A stretch of 64,000 nt of DNA from Obrimoposthia wandeli (taxonomy: Eukaryota): positions 1,550,001-1,614,000 of the forward strand of contig CDROCS010000253.1 in assembly GCA_977020255.1 (NCBI GenBank), in the 5' to 3' direction. Made by a program: the position numbers and the translations under genes. Shown here in pieces: positions 1 to 11,483 of the stretch (positions are counted from its first letter, which is position 1; every line of letters starts with the position of its first letter). The notes beneath the pieces are model-generated. The model had not been told where the DNA came from and did not search any database. It saw only the letters and a list, made by a program, of their open reading frames with translations.

Positions 1-196
1 AACCAGTAATATTTTGTCTCGCTTTTTGTAAAATACTAACCACATCCACTGAAGAGCACCCACCAAGAGAAATCAACACGCCTTCCATAGGGCTTGGGGC
101 TAAGTTGCCAGCATTTGCATCTAAAACTAGGGTGTGGCCGCTTTCTGAGGTGCCCATGAATAGTTCTTCGCCTAACCATTTTACTTGTGCTTTCAT
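1..196 (-). CDS. OsmC family protein (YhfA-like), truncated by window edge
   Basis: Not in ORF track. Minus strand from ATG at 196 reads MKAQVKWLGEELFMGTSESGHTLVLDANAGNLAPSPMEGVLISLGGCSSVDVVSILQKARQNITG; SPME and GCSSVDV are YhfA/OsmC motifs. Confidence 0.9.
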   Translation of the reverse strand, partial: MKAQVKWLGEELFMGTSESGHTLVLDANAGNLAPSPMEGVLISLGGCSSVDVVSILQKARQNITG

Positions 197-341
197 TATC
201 GACTCTATTTACAATTAATATATAGGGATTCTATCGAAGTTAAAGCATCACCACCAGTTGTTATGTGTAATCGAGGCTTTATAAGGAGGTAGCGCTGTAT
301 TCAGAACGCTACAAGTAGATAAAGATCAGTCTCGGCTATTA

Positions 342-692
342 TTAATCTTTATGGATAACGCTATCAAAGAGGTTTTTGATTAAACCGGCAAATTCACGTA
401 TGAATGCTTGCTGTGCGGGATTAACGGGATTATTGATAACACCGGAAAGAATTTCTTCAAGATCATAAACGATAGCATCAACTTCACGAATAATGGCATT
501 ACGTTGATTAAATGTTAAGTTTTCGTTTTGACTGCAAACGGTGATAATTTGTTCGCATAATTCTACTTCAATAGCTGACATCACGGTTTCGTTAGCTTGT
601 GCTGGTGCTGGTGCTGTTGAATTTTCAAATAAACTGAAATGTTCTGTCAGATACTCAATAACTTGAATGTAACCGTCAGTGTCTGTAACCAT
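342..692 (-). CDS. conserved hypothetical protein (DUF3802-like)
   Basis: 116-aa ORF starting MVTDTDGYIQVIEYLTEH, recognised as an Alteromonadales conserved small-protein family. Confidence 0.65.
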   Translation of the reverse strand: MVTDTDGYIQVIEYLTEHFSLFENSTAPAPAQANETVMSAIEVELCEQIITVCSQNENLTFNQRNAIIREVDAIVYDLEEILSGVINNPVNPAQQAFIREFAGLIKNLFDSVIHKD

Positions 693-863
693 AATATATT
701 TACTTACCTTTGTGAATGAATAGTACTTTTGTTTGAGTATAGCAGTTCGTTTAGGATTTTAGTAAGCGTAGAATAATAGCCCTTTTTTTTTATAAAATAG
801 TGTTTATAAAAACAAAGGGCTTATAAAAAGGCAATGTAGTAATAGACTTTATAAGGTATAAAT

Positions 864-2012
864 TTATGTCAGTGTTGTCGGGGCAACCATTAATACGGCA
901 CGTTGACCATTACCGACATTGGCATTAGGGAAGACGATACTCTCACCTGGAAGCGTTGTTCGGTATTCTTCTCCGGTATCGGTTGATAATAAAGTATCAA
1001 CCGGGTAATCAGTAAAATTACTCGCTTCATCAGTAATATAAAGTTCAAATTTATCGCTAACTTTAGTGATATCACCTAACGCTTTAAATAAATTGAAATC
1101 GTTATTATCAAAACTTTTTAGTGCTATTGGTTCATTGCTAATAAGGGCACTTAGGTTATTTGTCATGTCTTGAAAATTAGCCATGTCATTTTCTCCAAAG
1201 GGTCTTACTTTACCTAACTCGATAGTAAAAGCATGCGCGGCAAAGTTTGCACTACTGAAGTAGGAGAATGTCCCGCTGGGTCCATGACCAAATAAAATAG
1301 TGTTAACACCACAACTAGCCATAAAGCTTAACTGTTCTTTATCCCATGGTTTACCTGCTTGGTAAGGATAAATGGCAAATTTTTCATACTTAGAGTGTCG
1401 AATAGCGGTATGTAAATCGTAGTGGTAGTTAGTTACTTTACCGTCACTCGCATCAGCGCCAGCGTTAAAGAAATCACTAACATAACCTTCTAACTTTTCA
1501 GCACGATACTTTTCAAAACAGGGATCGATATCTTTGTACTTGCCACAAAATAATCGATTTAAATTCTCAGTTTGAAAACGTTTTGCGATATTCATAGAAA
1601 CAGGGTTACCCATAATTAATAGGGTACGGTGTTTCACTTGAATTTTTTGCGCAATAATATCACTAATCAACTGTTGTACTATTTCAATCGGCGCAGTCTC
1701 ATTACCATGAATGCCCGATGAAATAACAATACTCTTACTTGGTGTTGCCGAACCGTCTGTAATTATTTCAGGTTCGACATTATCAGGTTCAATCAATAGA
1801 ACACCTGTATCGAGTAAGCTCACTTTCGCTTGCTTGACCTTAAAACTTAATTGGTTATCAGCGCCAGTTTGCAGAAAACCTTGTTCAAACTGTCGTGTTA
1901 ACGCGATAAAGTCACCTTGCTCAACAAAGTGGCGATAAGCTTGGATAAAGTTATCAGCGGTAATATCGGTAAGGTTTTGTGTTACTGGTGTAAGAGTATT
2001 GTTGTTTTGCAT
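864..2012 (-). CDS. astE: succinylglutamate desuccinylase
   Basis: SGIHGNETAP, NLNRLF, DLHTAIR and TIELGK Zn-carboxypeptidase motifs; directly abuts astD. Confidence 0.93.
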   Translation of the reverse strand: MQNNNTLTPVTQNLTDITADNFIQAYRHFVEQGDFIALTRQFEQGFLQTGADNQLSFKVKQAKVSLLDTGVLLIEPDNVEPEIITDGSATPSKSIVISSGIHGNETAPIEIVQQLISDIIAQKIQVKHRTLLIMGNPVSMNIAKRFQTENLNRLFCGKYKDIDPCFEKYRAEKLEGYVSDFFNAGADASDGKVTNYHYDLHTAIRHSKYEKFAIYPYQAGKPWDKEQLSFMASCGVNTILFGHGPSGTFSYFSSANFAAHAFTIELGKVRPFGENDMANFQDMTNNLSALISNEPIALKSFDNNDFNLFKALGDITKVSDKFELYITDEASNFTDYPVDTLLSTDTGEEYRTTLPGESIVFPNANVGNGQRAVLMVAPTTLT

Positions 2013-3491
2013 TTAGAATTTCATACCCGGTGTTAATGTTTCAGGTAAGCTCACTTTTTCAGCTTCTACAGAAGCGATAGGGTAGGCACAATAATCGGCA
2101 GCATAAAATGCGCTGGCTCTGTGGTTACCACTAGCACCAATACCACCAAACGGTGCAGCGCTACTTGCGCCAGTAATTGGTTTGTTCCAGTTAACGATAC
2201 CAGCACGAATGCGAGTAAAGAAATGGTTGTAAGATGCTTCACTGTCAGATAACAAACCAGCAGATAAACCAAAGCCAGTATTATTCGCTTCATCAATCGC
2301 TTTATCGAAATCGGTGTAACGATATACTTTAACTAATGGGCCAAAGTATTCTTCATCAGGGATGTCAGCAATAATATCACTCACATCAATAATACCTGGA
2401 GAAACAAAACCAGTACCTGCTTCTAGGTGTTTAAGTTCTACAATTGACGTTGCTCCAAGAGCAAGTAATTTAGCTTGTGCATCAACTAGGCTAAGCGCCG
2501 CTTTTTCTGAGATCATAGAACCCATAAATGGCTGTTCTTTATCATCAAAATAACCAATGGTTAGGTTTTTAGTGACTTCGATAAGGCGCGCTAAAATTGC
2601 ATCACCTTGCTCATTGGCTTCAATGAACAAACGACGAGCACAAGTACAACGTTGGCCAGTAGTAACAAAAGCAGATTGCACAATATCGTGAACAACAGCA
2701 TCAATATCGCTAACATCTTTAACAACAAGTGGGTTATTACCACCCATTTCTAATGCAAGAATTTTACCCGGTTGACCAGCAAATTGTTCATGCAAGATAT
2801 GACCTGTTGTAGAGCTACCTGTGAAAAATAAACCATCAATCATTTTATGGCTAGCAAGGGCTTTACCAGTTTCTACTTCACCTTGAACTAGGTTGATAAC
2901 ACCTTTAGGTAAACCTGCTTGTTCCCAAAGTTTTAACATTTCTTCTGCAACGCGAGGCGTTAATTCACTTGGCTTAAATACAATAGTATTACCGGCAATT
3001 AATGCTGGCACTATGTGGCCATTTGGTAAGTGACCAGGGAAGTTATAAGGACCAAAAATAGCAACAACACCATGAGGCTTATGACGGATAAAGGCTTTAG
3101 CGCCAGGCATTGGGTTTTCAACCGTACCAGTACGCTCGTTGTAAGCTTTAAGTGAAATAGCTACTTTAGCTACCATTGCGCCTGCTTCACCGGTAGTTTC
3201 CCACTTTGGCTTGCCTGTTTCTAAGGCAATTGTTGTTGCTAGTGCATCTTTATGCTCAGCTAATAACTCAGCAAATTTTGTTACCACAGCAACACGTTCT
3301 TCTAAGCTAATATTTGCCCAGCTTTCAAATGCTTGACGAGCGCTTAATACGGCATCGTTTACTTGATCGGCACTAGCTGTTTTACCTTGCCAAATGACTT
3401 CGTTACGCGCAGGGTTGGATGAACTAACATCATGACCTAAGCCGGCTTGCCATTGACCATTAATAAATTGAACTGGGTTTGTGTGAGACAT
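2013..3491 (-). CDS. astD: succinylglutamate-semialdehyde dehydrogenase
   Basis: ALDH motifs [26 protein letters not shown] and GQRCTC; ast operon context. Confidence 0.95.
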   Translation of the reverse strand: MSHTNPVQFINGQWQAGLGHDVSSSNPARNEVIWQGKTASADQVNDAVLSARQAFESWANISLEERVAVVTKFAELLAEHKDALATTIALETGKPKWETTGEAGAMVAKVAISLKAYNERTGTVENPMPGAKAFIRHKPHGVVAIFGPYNFPGHLPNGHIVPALIAGNTIVFKPSELTPRVAEEMLKLWEQAGLPKGVINLVQGEVETGKALASHKMIDGLFFTGSSTTGHILHEQFAGQPGKILALEMGGNNPLVVKDVSDIDAVVHDIVQSAFVTTGQRCTCARRLFIEANEQGDAILARLIEVTKNLTIGYFDDKEQPFMGSMISEKAALSLVDAQAKLLALGATSIVELKHLEAGTGFVSPGIIDVSDIIADIPDEEYFGPLVKVYRYTDFDKAIDEANNTGFGLSAGLLSDSEASYNHFFTRIRAGIVNWNKPITGASSAAPFGGIGASGNHRASAFYAADYCAYPIASVEAEKVSLPETLTPGMKF

Positions 3492-3590
3492 GGTGTTTCC
3501 TTCTCATTGATAGTGGTGACAGAGGACTTCTGCTATCACCATTAGTAATTTGATGAGTGGCTAGTGTTAGCCACGCTAAATAGGTAGGAG

Positions 3591-4607
3591 CTAATTGGCT
3601 ATTATGCGAACCCAATCGCCAGCATTGACCGTTAAGGCATCGGCAACTTCTTGACTAATGACAACTTGATTAGCCGTGTCACGTAGTGAAAGTGGTGCTT
3701 GAGTGGCTCTAAAGTCTTCAACTTTACTATTACAAATAATATAATTATCAGTTGATTGCACTTCGTCAATGATCACTTGGCAACGCTTACTTTGGTTAAC
3801 CGTTCTAATATTATTGACATGTGATTCAACCGTTGGACCCGCATCAAAAATATCTACATAGCCACGTTTTGCAAAACCTTCCGCTTCTAATAAACGCAGT
3901 GCAGGTACTGTTTTTGGGTGTACTTTATCGATAACGTCTTGTGCTTCTTTGCTTAGCAAATTAACGTAAATTGGATACTTGGGCATTAACTCGGCGATAA
4001 ATTCTTTTTTACCTATACCCGTTAAGTAATCGGCAGTCGGGAAGTCCATCGAGAAAAAGTGCTCTTCAAGCCAGTTCCAAAATGGTGAGCGACCTTCATC
4101 ATCTGAAACACCACGCATTTCTGCAATGATGGTATTAGAAAAACGCTCTTTATGTTCTGCGATAAAAAGAAAGCGGAAACGTGAGAGAAAACGTCCATTG
4201 TTATTTTTACGATGACTGCTACTTAAAAACAACGTACAAATTTCACTCGCGCCAGTGTAATCATTACACAGCGACAGCGTTTCTACGGTATTGTAAATAT
4301 TAAGTTCACGTGAGCTATGGACAACTTTACCTAAGTGATAATGATAAAAAGCATCGTCTAAACCAACAGCAGCCTCAATACCACTGGTACCGACAACTTC
4401 ACCTGTTTCGGTATCTTCCATAACAAAAAGATAACCTTCTTTTCCTGCTTGGCTCACTTCTTTAGCAAATGATTCTTCAGCAAGGTCAATACGTTGTTGA
4501 AGTAGTTCTTCATTGACAGGTAGTGACGTAAAACCGTGGCCAGAGTCTACCGCTATGCGATATAAGGCTTTCAGGTCATTTTTTTTAATAGGGCGTACAA
4601 TGATCAT
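3591..4607 (-). CDS. astA: arginine N-succinyltransferase
   Basis: GFTSLP, AEMRGVSD, SPFW and DIFDAGP motifs. Confidence 0.95.
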   Translation of the reverse strand: MIIVRPIKKNDLKALYRIAVDSGHGFTSLPVNEELLQQRIDLAEESFAKEVSQAGKEGYLFVMEDTETGEVVGTSGIEAAVGLDDAFYHYHLGKVVHSSRELNIYNTVETLSLCNDYTGASEICTLFLSSSHRKNNNGRFLSRFRFLFIAEHKERFSNTIIAEMRGVSDDEGRSPFWNWLEEHFFSMDFPTADYLTGIGKKEFIAELMPKYPIYVNLLSKEAQDVIDKVHPKTVPALRLLEAEGFAKRGYVDIFDAGPTVESHVNNIRTVNQSKRCQVIIDEVQSTDNYIICNSKVEDFRATQAPLSLRDTANQVVISQEVADALTVNAGDWVRIIAN

Positions 4608-4635
4608 AAATGCTCTCGATGAAAATAAGTGGTAT

Positions 4636-4683
4636 ATACCAAACGGATTAATTTATTGTTCAATAAAGAAGTCCGATTGGTAT
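4636..4683. repeat. minimal miniature inverted-repeat element (two termini only)
   Basis: ATACCAAACGGATTAATTTATT ... AATAAAGAAGTCCGATTGGTAT. The termini match the start of the larger element at 31167 (ATACCAATCGGACTAATTTATT). Confidence 0.7.
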
Positions 4684-4735
4684 TATCTGTTCAAATCTAG
4701 GTGATAAGAGCAGGTACTTTTTAGCATTAACTAAA

Positions 4736-5962
<1,227 letters not shown>

Positions 5963-6134
5963 TTATAAGTGGGTAATTTTTTTAATAGCTTACTGTATAA
6001 AGTAGATAAAGCTTAATGAATATCTACTTATTGTGAAAAATAAAGCAGTGAGTTAAAAAATAGAGCAATAGTATGACAGGAAATAGTCGGCTTGTCTTGC
6101 TGTGCTACCCTGCAGCCCATACGAAACAAAGGCT

Positions 6135-6173
6135 TAGCTAATTTTATTCATAAAAGATGAATATTTATTGAGT
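6135..6173. promoter_or_regulatory. tandem ARG boxes (ArgR operator) upstream of astC
   Basis: TAGCTAATTTTATTCATA-3 bp-GATGAATATTTATTGAGT: two 18-bp boxes with the canonical 3-bp spacer, compared with consensus WNTGAATWWWWATTCANW. Confidence 0.7.
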
Positions 6174-6346
6174 CAGATTGTTTTGCGGAAATAAGGAGAT
6201 AAGTGAGGGAGTAGGCGCTTGCTTGATGAAAGCCATCAAGGTGAATTTTTAATAATTAATCAGAAAAAAATTATAGGTGAACTGAATTCATAGCCAATTC
6301 AGCGAGAAAATAGGGAAAGCTGATCTTTTGAGAGTGTTTACAATCT

Positions 6347-7492
6347 TTAATTGAAGTTGAGCTTAATATGATCAATATCGCTTTTTTTCAATAGCGTTAT
6401 TTCCGCGGGTGTTAAATTAACTGCGCTGAGTAGTTTTTTACTTTCATCAGTGTCAATTAACGCTTCTTTCGCTAAAGCACGAAACGCGACATAAGCTTTC
6501 GCTTTGGCAACCAGTTGCGCAATAGGGTGCATTTTTTCAATACTATCAGCGTAAGCTAAATCAAAAATGGGTTCGGTTATAGCCAATCGTTTAAAATGCA
6601 TTTTCTCAATTAAATCAGCAGACAATTGCGAGCTTCGCATAATTAGCTGCTCAAGCAGTATCTCTTCACTGGTTTCAATTTTTGATAAAACATTATGTAA
6701 ACGTTTGTCTTTTTTCTCAAATGCTTCTCGTATGTCTTTTTTATGCATCTCACTAAATTTTGTTAAATAACAGCGAGTGACGGCAAGCCTACCGATATTT
6801 GACAGCATACCTGTGGTAAAAGCAGTAAATTCATCCAGTCCTTGCTCTTTGGCTAATGTGCGAGCCGCTAGTGCAATGGACAAGCTATCGTTCCAAAGCT
6901 TACGTTTCATTAACCCATAAGGTACTGTGCTTGTTGGTAACCAATGTTTTAGGGTAAAGGTTGGCATGACTAATTTTAAATTATTTAAACCAATATAGCT
7001 TAACGCTAGTTTGGCATCAGTAACTTGTACGTCAGCACGTTTTCTATATTGTGGTTTATTCACCAAGCTTATTAAATCAATGGTTAACCAAGACAATGAA
7101 GCAGCAAGATCTTTGATTTGGTTCACTGAAGCTGCGCGCGCAGATAAAATATCAAGTATGGCAGGGCAGGCATCTTCAATGCCTAATACATTATGGTAAA
7201 GGTGTTCTTTATTATCAAAGTCACTATTAATTTGCGTACGCAGACGACTAAAGAAGTTATGTTTCGTTTGTTTACTAAAATGCTCTTCACCATGCTTGGC
7301 AATAATTTTCTCTTGTTGAGCTTTCACTTCAACAGATAACAATTCTCGGCGGCGATTCTCTTGCTCACTACCTTGATGGTCAACCATAGGGACTTTACCA
7401 CTTTGCTTTTCCGCAAAATCTTTACAGATAGAGAGGCTTATGGCGCGATGGTAGATGGTAGCGACAGCTTGATTGTTTTCAAAAATTTGCAT
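6347..7492 (-). CDS. HDOD domain-containing protein
   Basis: LVNKPQYR...VTDAKLALSYIGLNNLK, LWNDSLSIALAARTLA and AFTTGMLSNIGRL follow the HDOD pattern. Confidence 0.8.
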   Translation of the reverse strand: MQIFENNQAVATIYHRAISLSICKDFAEKQSGKVPMVDHQGSEQENRRRELLSVEVKAQQEKIIAKHGEEHFSKQTKHNFFSRLRTQINSDFDNKEHLYHNVLGIEDACPAILDILSARAASVNQIKDLAASLSWLTIDLISLVNKPQYRKRADVQVTDAKLALSYIGLNNLKLVMPTFTLKHWLPTSTVPYGLMKRKLWNDSLSIALAARTLAKEQGLDEFTAFTTGMLSNIGRLAVTRCYLTKFSEMHKKDIREAFEKKDKRLHNVLSKIETSEEILLEQLIMRSSQLSADLIEKMHFKRLAITEPIFDLAYADSIEKMHPIAQLVAKAKAYVAFRALAKEALIDTDESKKLLSAVNLTPAEITLLKKSDIDHIKLNFN

Positions 7493-7607
7493 AGAGGTTT
7501 TATTGCTTACCTAGGGAATGAAATTGAGCATTGAAGAATATGTTAAGTCTAACGTTTAAAGATAGTAAAACACTACTTTATCTGGCTTTAATCGAAAAAG
7601 CTCTTAT

Positions 7608-7829
7608 TATACTCATGTTACCTCGAAATGCTCGTTTCAGCGAGAATTTAAAGGCTTAGAGGCAAGGCATTGATTGAAGAGAATGGTTATTCAGGAGAAT
7701 GTGCTCCTGCATTCTCTAACAAGCTACATCCATGTAGAGTTCTTGTCAAAATCAATAACGCCGCATATAAGCCTTTAAAACTCGCCCTCAGGCGTCCTGA
7801 AACAGACATTTTGAAATATCATGAGTATA
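7608..7829. repeat. complete ERIC-like miniature inverted-repeat element with nested 47-bp cassette
   Basis: About 33-bp imperfect terminal inverted repeats, TATACTCATGTTACCTCGAAATGCTCGTTTCAG and CTGAAACAGACATTTTGAAATATCATGAGTATA, with TA ends. Cassette at 7691-7737. Confidence 0.8.
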
Positions 7830-8429
7830 TTAGCTTCTAGGGTAATTTTTAAATTGCTTGATAAAGTTTGCTAATAAATCTTGGCCTTGCTCTGTGAGTA
7901 TTGATTCTGGATGAAATTGTACGCTGCTAATAGGGAGTGTTTTATGTTCTAGCGCCATAATTTCATCAACCTCACCTTGTTCATTTTGGCTCCATGCCGT
8001 CATGGTTAATTCAGCGGGTAATGACTGTTTGTTAACAATAAGGGAATGATAACGAGTGACTTGTAACGGCTGATTTAATTCAGTAAACAAACCTTGTTGG
8101 GTATGGGTAATCTGTGAGGTTTTACCATGCATAACTTTTTTCGCTTTTTCAACATTAGCACCAAAGTGTTGTGCAATGCATTGATGCCCTAAGCAAACAC
8201 CTAATAAAGGTATTCTACCGGCGAACTCTTTCACAACATCAAGGGAGATACCTGCAGAGTCAGGATCACAAGGACCAGGGGATATAACAATATATTGAGG
8301 TTTTAATTGTTCAATTTCTTGAAGGCTAATTTCATTATTTCTATAAACAACAACTTTTTGACCTAGCGCTTGAAAATAATGCACTAAATTAAAAGTAAAT
8401 GAGTCGTAATTATCGATCATTAATAACAA
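7830..8429 (-). CDS. pabA: aminodeoxychorismate/anthranilate synthase glutamine amidotransferase subunit
   Basis: IDNYDSFT, SPGP, GVCLGHQ and QFHPES motifs; position near argD/astC favours pabA over trpG. Confidence 0.88.
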   Translation of the reverse strand: MLLMIDNYDSFTFNLVHYFQALGQKVVVYRNNEISLQEIEQLKPQYIVISPGPCDPDSAGISLDVVKEFAGRIPLLGVCLGHQCIAQHFGANVEKAKKVMHGKTSQITHTQQGLFTELNQPLQVTRYHSLIVNKQSLPAELTMTAWSQNEQGEVDEIMALEHKTLPISSVQFHPESILTEQGQDLLANFIKQFKNYPRS

Positions 8430-8498
8430 AAAAATTCGCCTAGCAGCTGATAAAATTCGCGGCTATTCTAATGCTTTTATTGGAATGGAGCAATAAAA

Positions 8499-8531
8499 AG
8501 TAAGAAGCTAGCAAGTCGCTAGCTTCTTACT
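8499..8531. terminator. intrinsic terminator hairpin downstream of the porin gene
   Basis: Perfect 14-bp stem AGTAAGAAGCTAGC / GCTAGCTTCTTACT. Confidence 0.75.
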
Positions 8532-8550
8532 ATATTGTGCAAAGTCTTAC

Positions 8551-9753
8551 TTAGAACTTAGCCGTCATTTGAACCCAAAGTTTATTGGTATCAGCGGGTG
8601 TTTTACCTGTATCACCTTCGCTGTAGTTAGCCGCTTTAACTAAAACGCCGTAATTTTTGTTAATCTGGTAAGTCGCAACTAAATCTAGCTCGTTACCAAA
8701 ATCAATACTACCTTCATCAGATGAGAAATCATGGTAAGTTGCTGCCCATTTTACCTCTGAAACTTTGCCTTTAGCGGTCAAATAAATATCTTGCAGACCT
8801 TCTTTTGGCGTACCTAAGAATTTATCAGCCCAACCGTTGAACTTATGCTTAGTTGCTAATGGCGTGTTAAATGCTACCTTACCATCATCACTACCTAATA
8901 ATTCATAACCACCTAAAAGGGTTACTTGACCAAAGTTATAGCCCGCTTCAGCATTAATATACATTGCTGAATAGCTCATTGGGTTATCACCATTATCGCT
9001 TTGACTCGCTAGGCTAGCATTTACCAAGAACTTACCAAACTTACCATTATATAGTGCACCTACTGTGCTGCTAGAGTTTTTATAGTTAGCAATAGCATTG
9101 TAGTCTAAAAGGTATGCAAAACCTGCTAGTTTATGGCTTTTGTTAATATTGTATTTTGCATTAACTAAGTGGAAGTCACCTTTAACGTTTCCACCTTTAA
9201 TATCATTGATGTTTTGAATGTAGCTATAGTCAACTAAGAAAGCATCAGTTTTATATTGTGCGCGCATTCCATCATATGTTTGCTCATTTTGACGCCAACC
9301 TACACCACCAACAAAACGTTGATTGTTATGTAAAACACGTTGGCGACCAACTATGGCACTAAAACCACTATTGGCATACTTGATAAAAGCTTGGTTTACG
9401 TCAGTACTTTGTGGGTCGACAACTTTAGGGTATTCAGTGTTACCATTTTGAGTACTATTATAGTCATCTACTAGGGCATCTACTTTATCAACTTCTAAGC
9501 CTAGTGATAAATTACTGTAACTACCAGTATTCACTGTGATGCGACTTTTTAGCGTTAACGCTGAAGCTTTTTTGTCTATACCGTCTTGATCTACGCCTTC
9601 ATAACGAGCACGTAAATTAACTTTAACTGTGCTTTCACTTAACGCTTCAGTAATGCTGTTGCCGTGTTCTGTTTCACCAGCAAAAGCGGCAGGCGCTGCT
9701 AAAATAGCTGCAGTGATTAATGATAAGGTAAACTTATTTACTACTGTTTTCAT
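8551..9753 (-). CDS. alginate-export-family outer membrane beta-barrel
   Basis: Signal peptide; LRARYEGVDQ, GRQR..NQRFVGGVGWRQNEQTYD and HKFNGWADKFL motifs; C-terminal Phe. Confidence 0.8.
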   Translation of the reverse strand: MKTVVNKFTLSLITAAILAAPAAFAGETEHGNSITEALSESTVKVNLRARYEGVDQDGIDKKASALTLKSRITVNTGSYSNLSLGLEVDKVDALVDDYNSTQNGNTEYPKVVDPQSTDVNQAFIKYANSGFSAIVGRQRVLHNNQRFVGGVGWRQNEQTYDGMRAQYKTDAFLVDYSYIQNINDIKGGNVKGDFHLVNAKYNINKSHKLAGFAYLLDYNAIANYKNSSSTVGALYNGKFGKFLVNASLASQSDNGDNPMSYSAMYINAEAGYNFGQVTLLGGYELLGSDDGKVAFNTPLATKHKFNGWADKFLGTPKEGLQDIYLTAKGKVSEVKWAATYHDFSSDEGSIDFGNELDLVATYQINKNYGVLVKAANYSEGDTGKTPADTNKLWVQMTAKF

Positions 9754-9822
9754 AATAATATCCTAATTTCATGTTTTTAAGAGGGGGTCGTTAACTTTAA
9801 CTTTATTATTATTTTTATTGTA

Positions 9823-9882
9823 TATACCTGTTACCAATCAAGATGCATGGTGCAGAGTGTGCTTTGAATAGTAATGGGCATA
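9823..9882. repeat. short ERIC-like inverted-repeat element
   Basis: TATACCTGTTACCAATCAAG ... CTTTGAATAGTAATGGGCATA imperfect inverted termini. Confidence 0.55.
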
Positions 9883-9925
9883 ATTAACTGATGGGGGAGT
9901 TTTGCACTGCATCAACTTGAATAGT

Positions 9926-9988
9926 TTGATTTAAATCAAATTGTTAATATATGTATTTGAATAGGTTTATTAACTTGATTTGAATCAT
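9926..9988. promoter_or_regulatory. FNR-type binding sites upstream of the porin gene
   Basis: Perfect TTGAT-TTAA-ATCAA at 9926-9939 and TTGAT-TTGA-ATCAT at 9975-9988; a degenerate TTGCA-CTGC-ATCAA lies at 9902-9915. Confidence 0.75.
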
Positions 9989-10173
9989 GTTTTGTTTCAA
10001 ATTTCGTCTATATTTTTATTGTTGGTACTCTTCTGGCTTAAAATATTAATTAGCGGCAAGGTTGCATAAAAAAGTATTACCCAATTAAGCGCAGCTTAGG
10101 ATAAAATAGTAAGCATCAAACCCTTGTTTATCGCGTCGGCAGAATAGCTAGGTAAAGTACCTAAAGGTAAAAA

Positions 10174-10401
10174 ATGAAAAGAGTTGTCTTGTATACCACT
10201 GAAAAATGTCCTCATTGTCAAGTAGCGAAACGTTATCTCGAACAACAAGGTATCGCTTTTAGGCTATGCAATATTAAAACGGCAAAAGGGCAAAAAGAAT
10301 TTGCAGCAACACGCCTGCGCGGTGTACCTGTTTTGAAAATAGGTGACCAGCTACTTAACGGTTTTTCAGTGCAAGCGTTTACCGAACTTTACAATAGTTA
10401 A
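10174..10401 (+). CDS. glutaredoxin family protein (NrdH/YruB-like)
   Basis: CPHC active site and GVPV cis-Pro loop. Confidence 0.85.
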   Translation: MKRVVLYTTEKCPHCQVAKRYLEQQGIAFRLCNIKTAKGQKEFAATRLRGVPVLKIGDQLLNGFSVQAFTELYNS

Positions 10402-10428
10402 GCCATGCTATTGCCTAAATCTTAAATA

Positions 10429-10635
10429 ATACCAATACCATTAAATTATTGACCACTTGTGCTGATTAAAGTACTCCAAGACTGCGTTGCTCTCATGCCA
10501 ATAGCCAGAGGCGGTTCAATCGAGCATTTTGCCCTGATTTATTTATCTACGGTCCATAAGATTACACGCGAGTGTCTTCACTATTAAATATCCCTCTTAG
10601 TTTCGCCTTGATCACCGCCACTTAAGTTGAGAACC
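10429..10635. repeat. intergenic repeat element with ATACCAA terminus
   Basis: CCACTTGTGCTGATTAAAGTACTCCAAG resembles 20393 onward. 10608-10633 is the exact reverse complement of 16987-17012. Confidence 0.7.
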
Positions 10636-10773
10636 CCAGGCAAGTGGCAGTCTTATATTTCAATAGCTTACGGATGGCTTGGATTTATTGACTGCCAGTT
10701 AAGTGAGAATGGTTCACACTACTGCCTTATAGTTTGAGATTTATTCCAAGGTTTGTCTTTTGATTTTGTGTAA

Positions 10774-11016
10774 TTGTCACTATTAGATGGGGCAATGCAA
10801 AGAGAACAACCAGAAAAGTTGCTGCCTTTTATTGGTAATGAACATAAGAGTAAACTGAAAGGTCTTACTTTTAATATAAAAGATTACATTGAGCTTATTG
10901 ATTTAACAGGGCGCTGCATTCGTGCTGATAAATGCGGATATATTGAAGAAAAGCAACCAACAATTCCTAATCGCTTAAATATCAGCTCTTTCGTTCATGA
11001 AAACAAAGGTGGCTAA
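10774..11016 (+). pseudogene. C-terminal fragment of a REP-associated tyrosine transposase (RAYT-like)
   Basis: QPEKLLPFIGNE..KGLTFNIKDYIELIDLTGRCIRADKCGYI..NRLNI resembles the C-terminal region of gammaproteobacterial IS200-like/RAYT transposases; the N-terminal HUH catalytic region is absent. Confidence 0.7.
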
Positions 11017-11074
11017 TAAGCCTAAATTTAGTAATATGTGGCGATAAATAGCAGTAAAAACTTCAGGAAACATT

Positions 11075-11257
11075 ATGAAAATATTTATAGCCATCGTGGT
11101 AGCTTGCTTGGCAGTATTTCTGTTCCATCATGCGTATGGTATTGAAGGCGTTAGCCTAGAGCGCTTCGGTTATATAGCCGGTGGCGTTATCTCAGTCGTT
11201 GTCGTTTTAGCACTTTTCATCCCTAAACAGGAAGATGGGCAGGAGCGAAAATTCTAA
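11075..11257 (+). CDS. small two-TM hypothetical membrane protein
   Basis: 60 aa with two hydrophobic segments; CAGGA RBS upstream. Confidence 0.6.
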   Translation: MKIFIAIVVACLAVFLFHHAYGIEGVSLERFGYIAGGVISVVVVLALFIPKQEDGQERKF

Positions 11258-11270
11258 GCTATTTAATTAA

Positions 11271-11483
11271 ACAAGGCTACCTGAATCATTATTCGAGCCG
11301 CTAAAAGAACAAATTGAAAAAGTAAAAAGAGTGCATCAAAAAGACCTCGCTGAAGGTAAAACAAGCCTCCCTTTAGGGTTAGCTCGAAAGTACCCTTATA
11401 CCATTATTGACTTTAAATGGCAGTATGTCTTTCCTTCAACGGTTAGATGCCTACATCCAGAAGATGGCAGGGCTAGACGATGA
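11271..11483 (+). pseudogene. intI: internal fragment of an integron integrase (IntI-like tyrosine recombinase)
   Basis: Not in ORF track (no start codon). Reads TRLPESLFEPLKEQIEKVKRVHQKDLAEGKTSLPLGLARKYPYTIIDFKWQYVFPSTVRCLHPEDGRARR*; LP..LARKYP....WQYVFPS is the IntI-specific additional segment. Confidence 0.8.
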
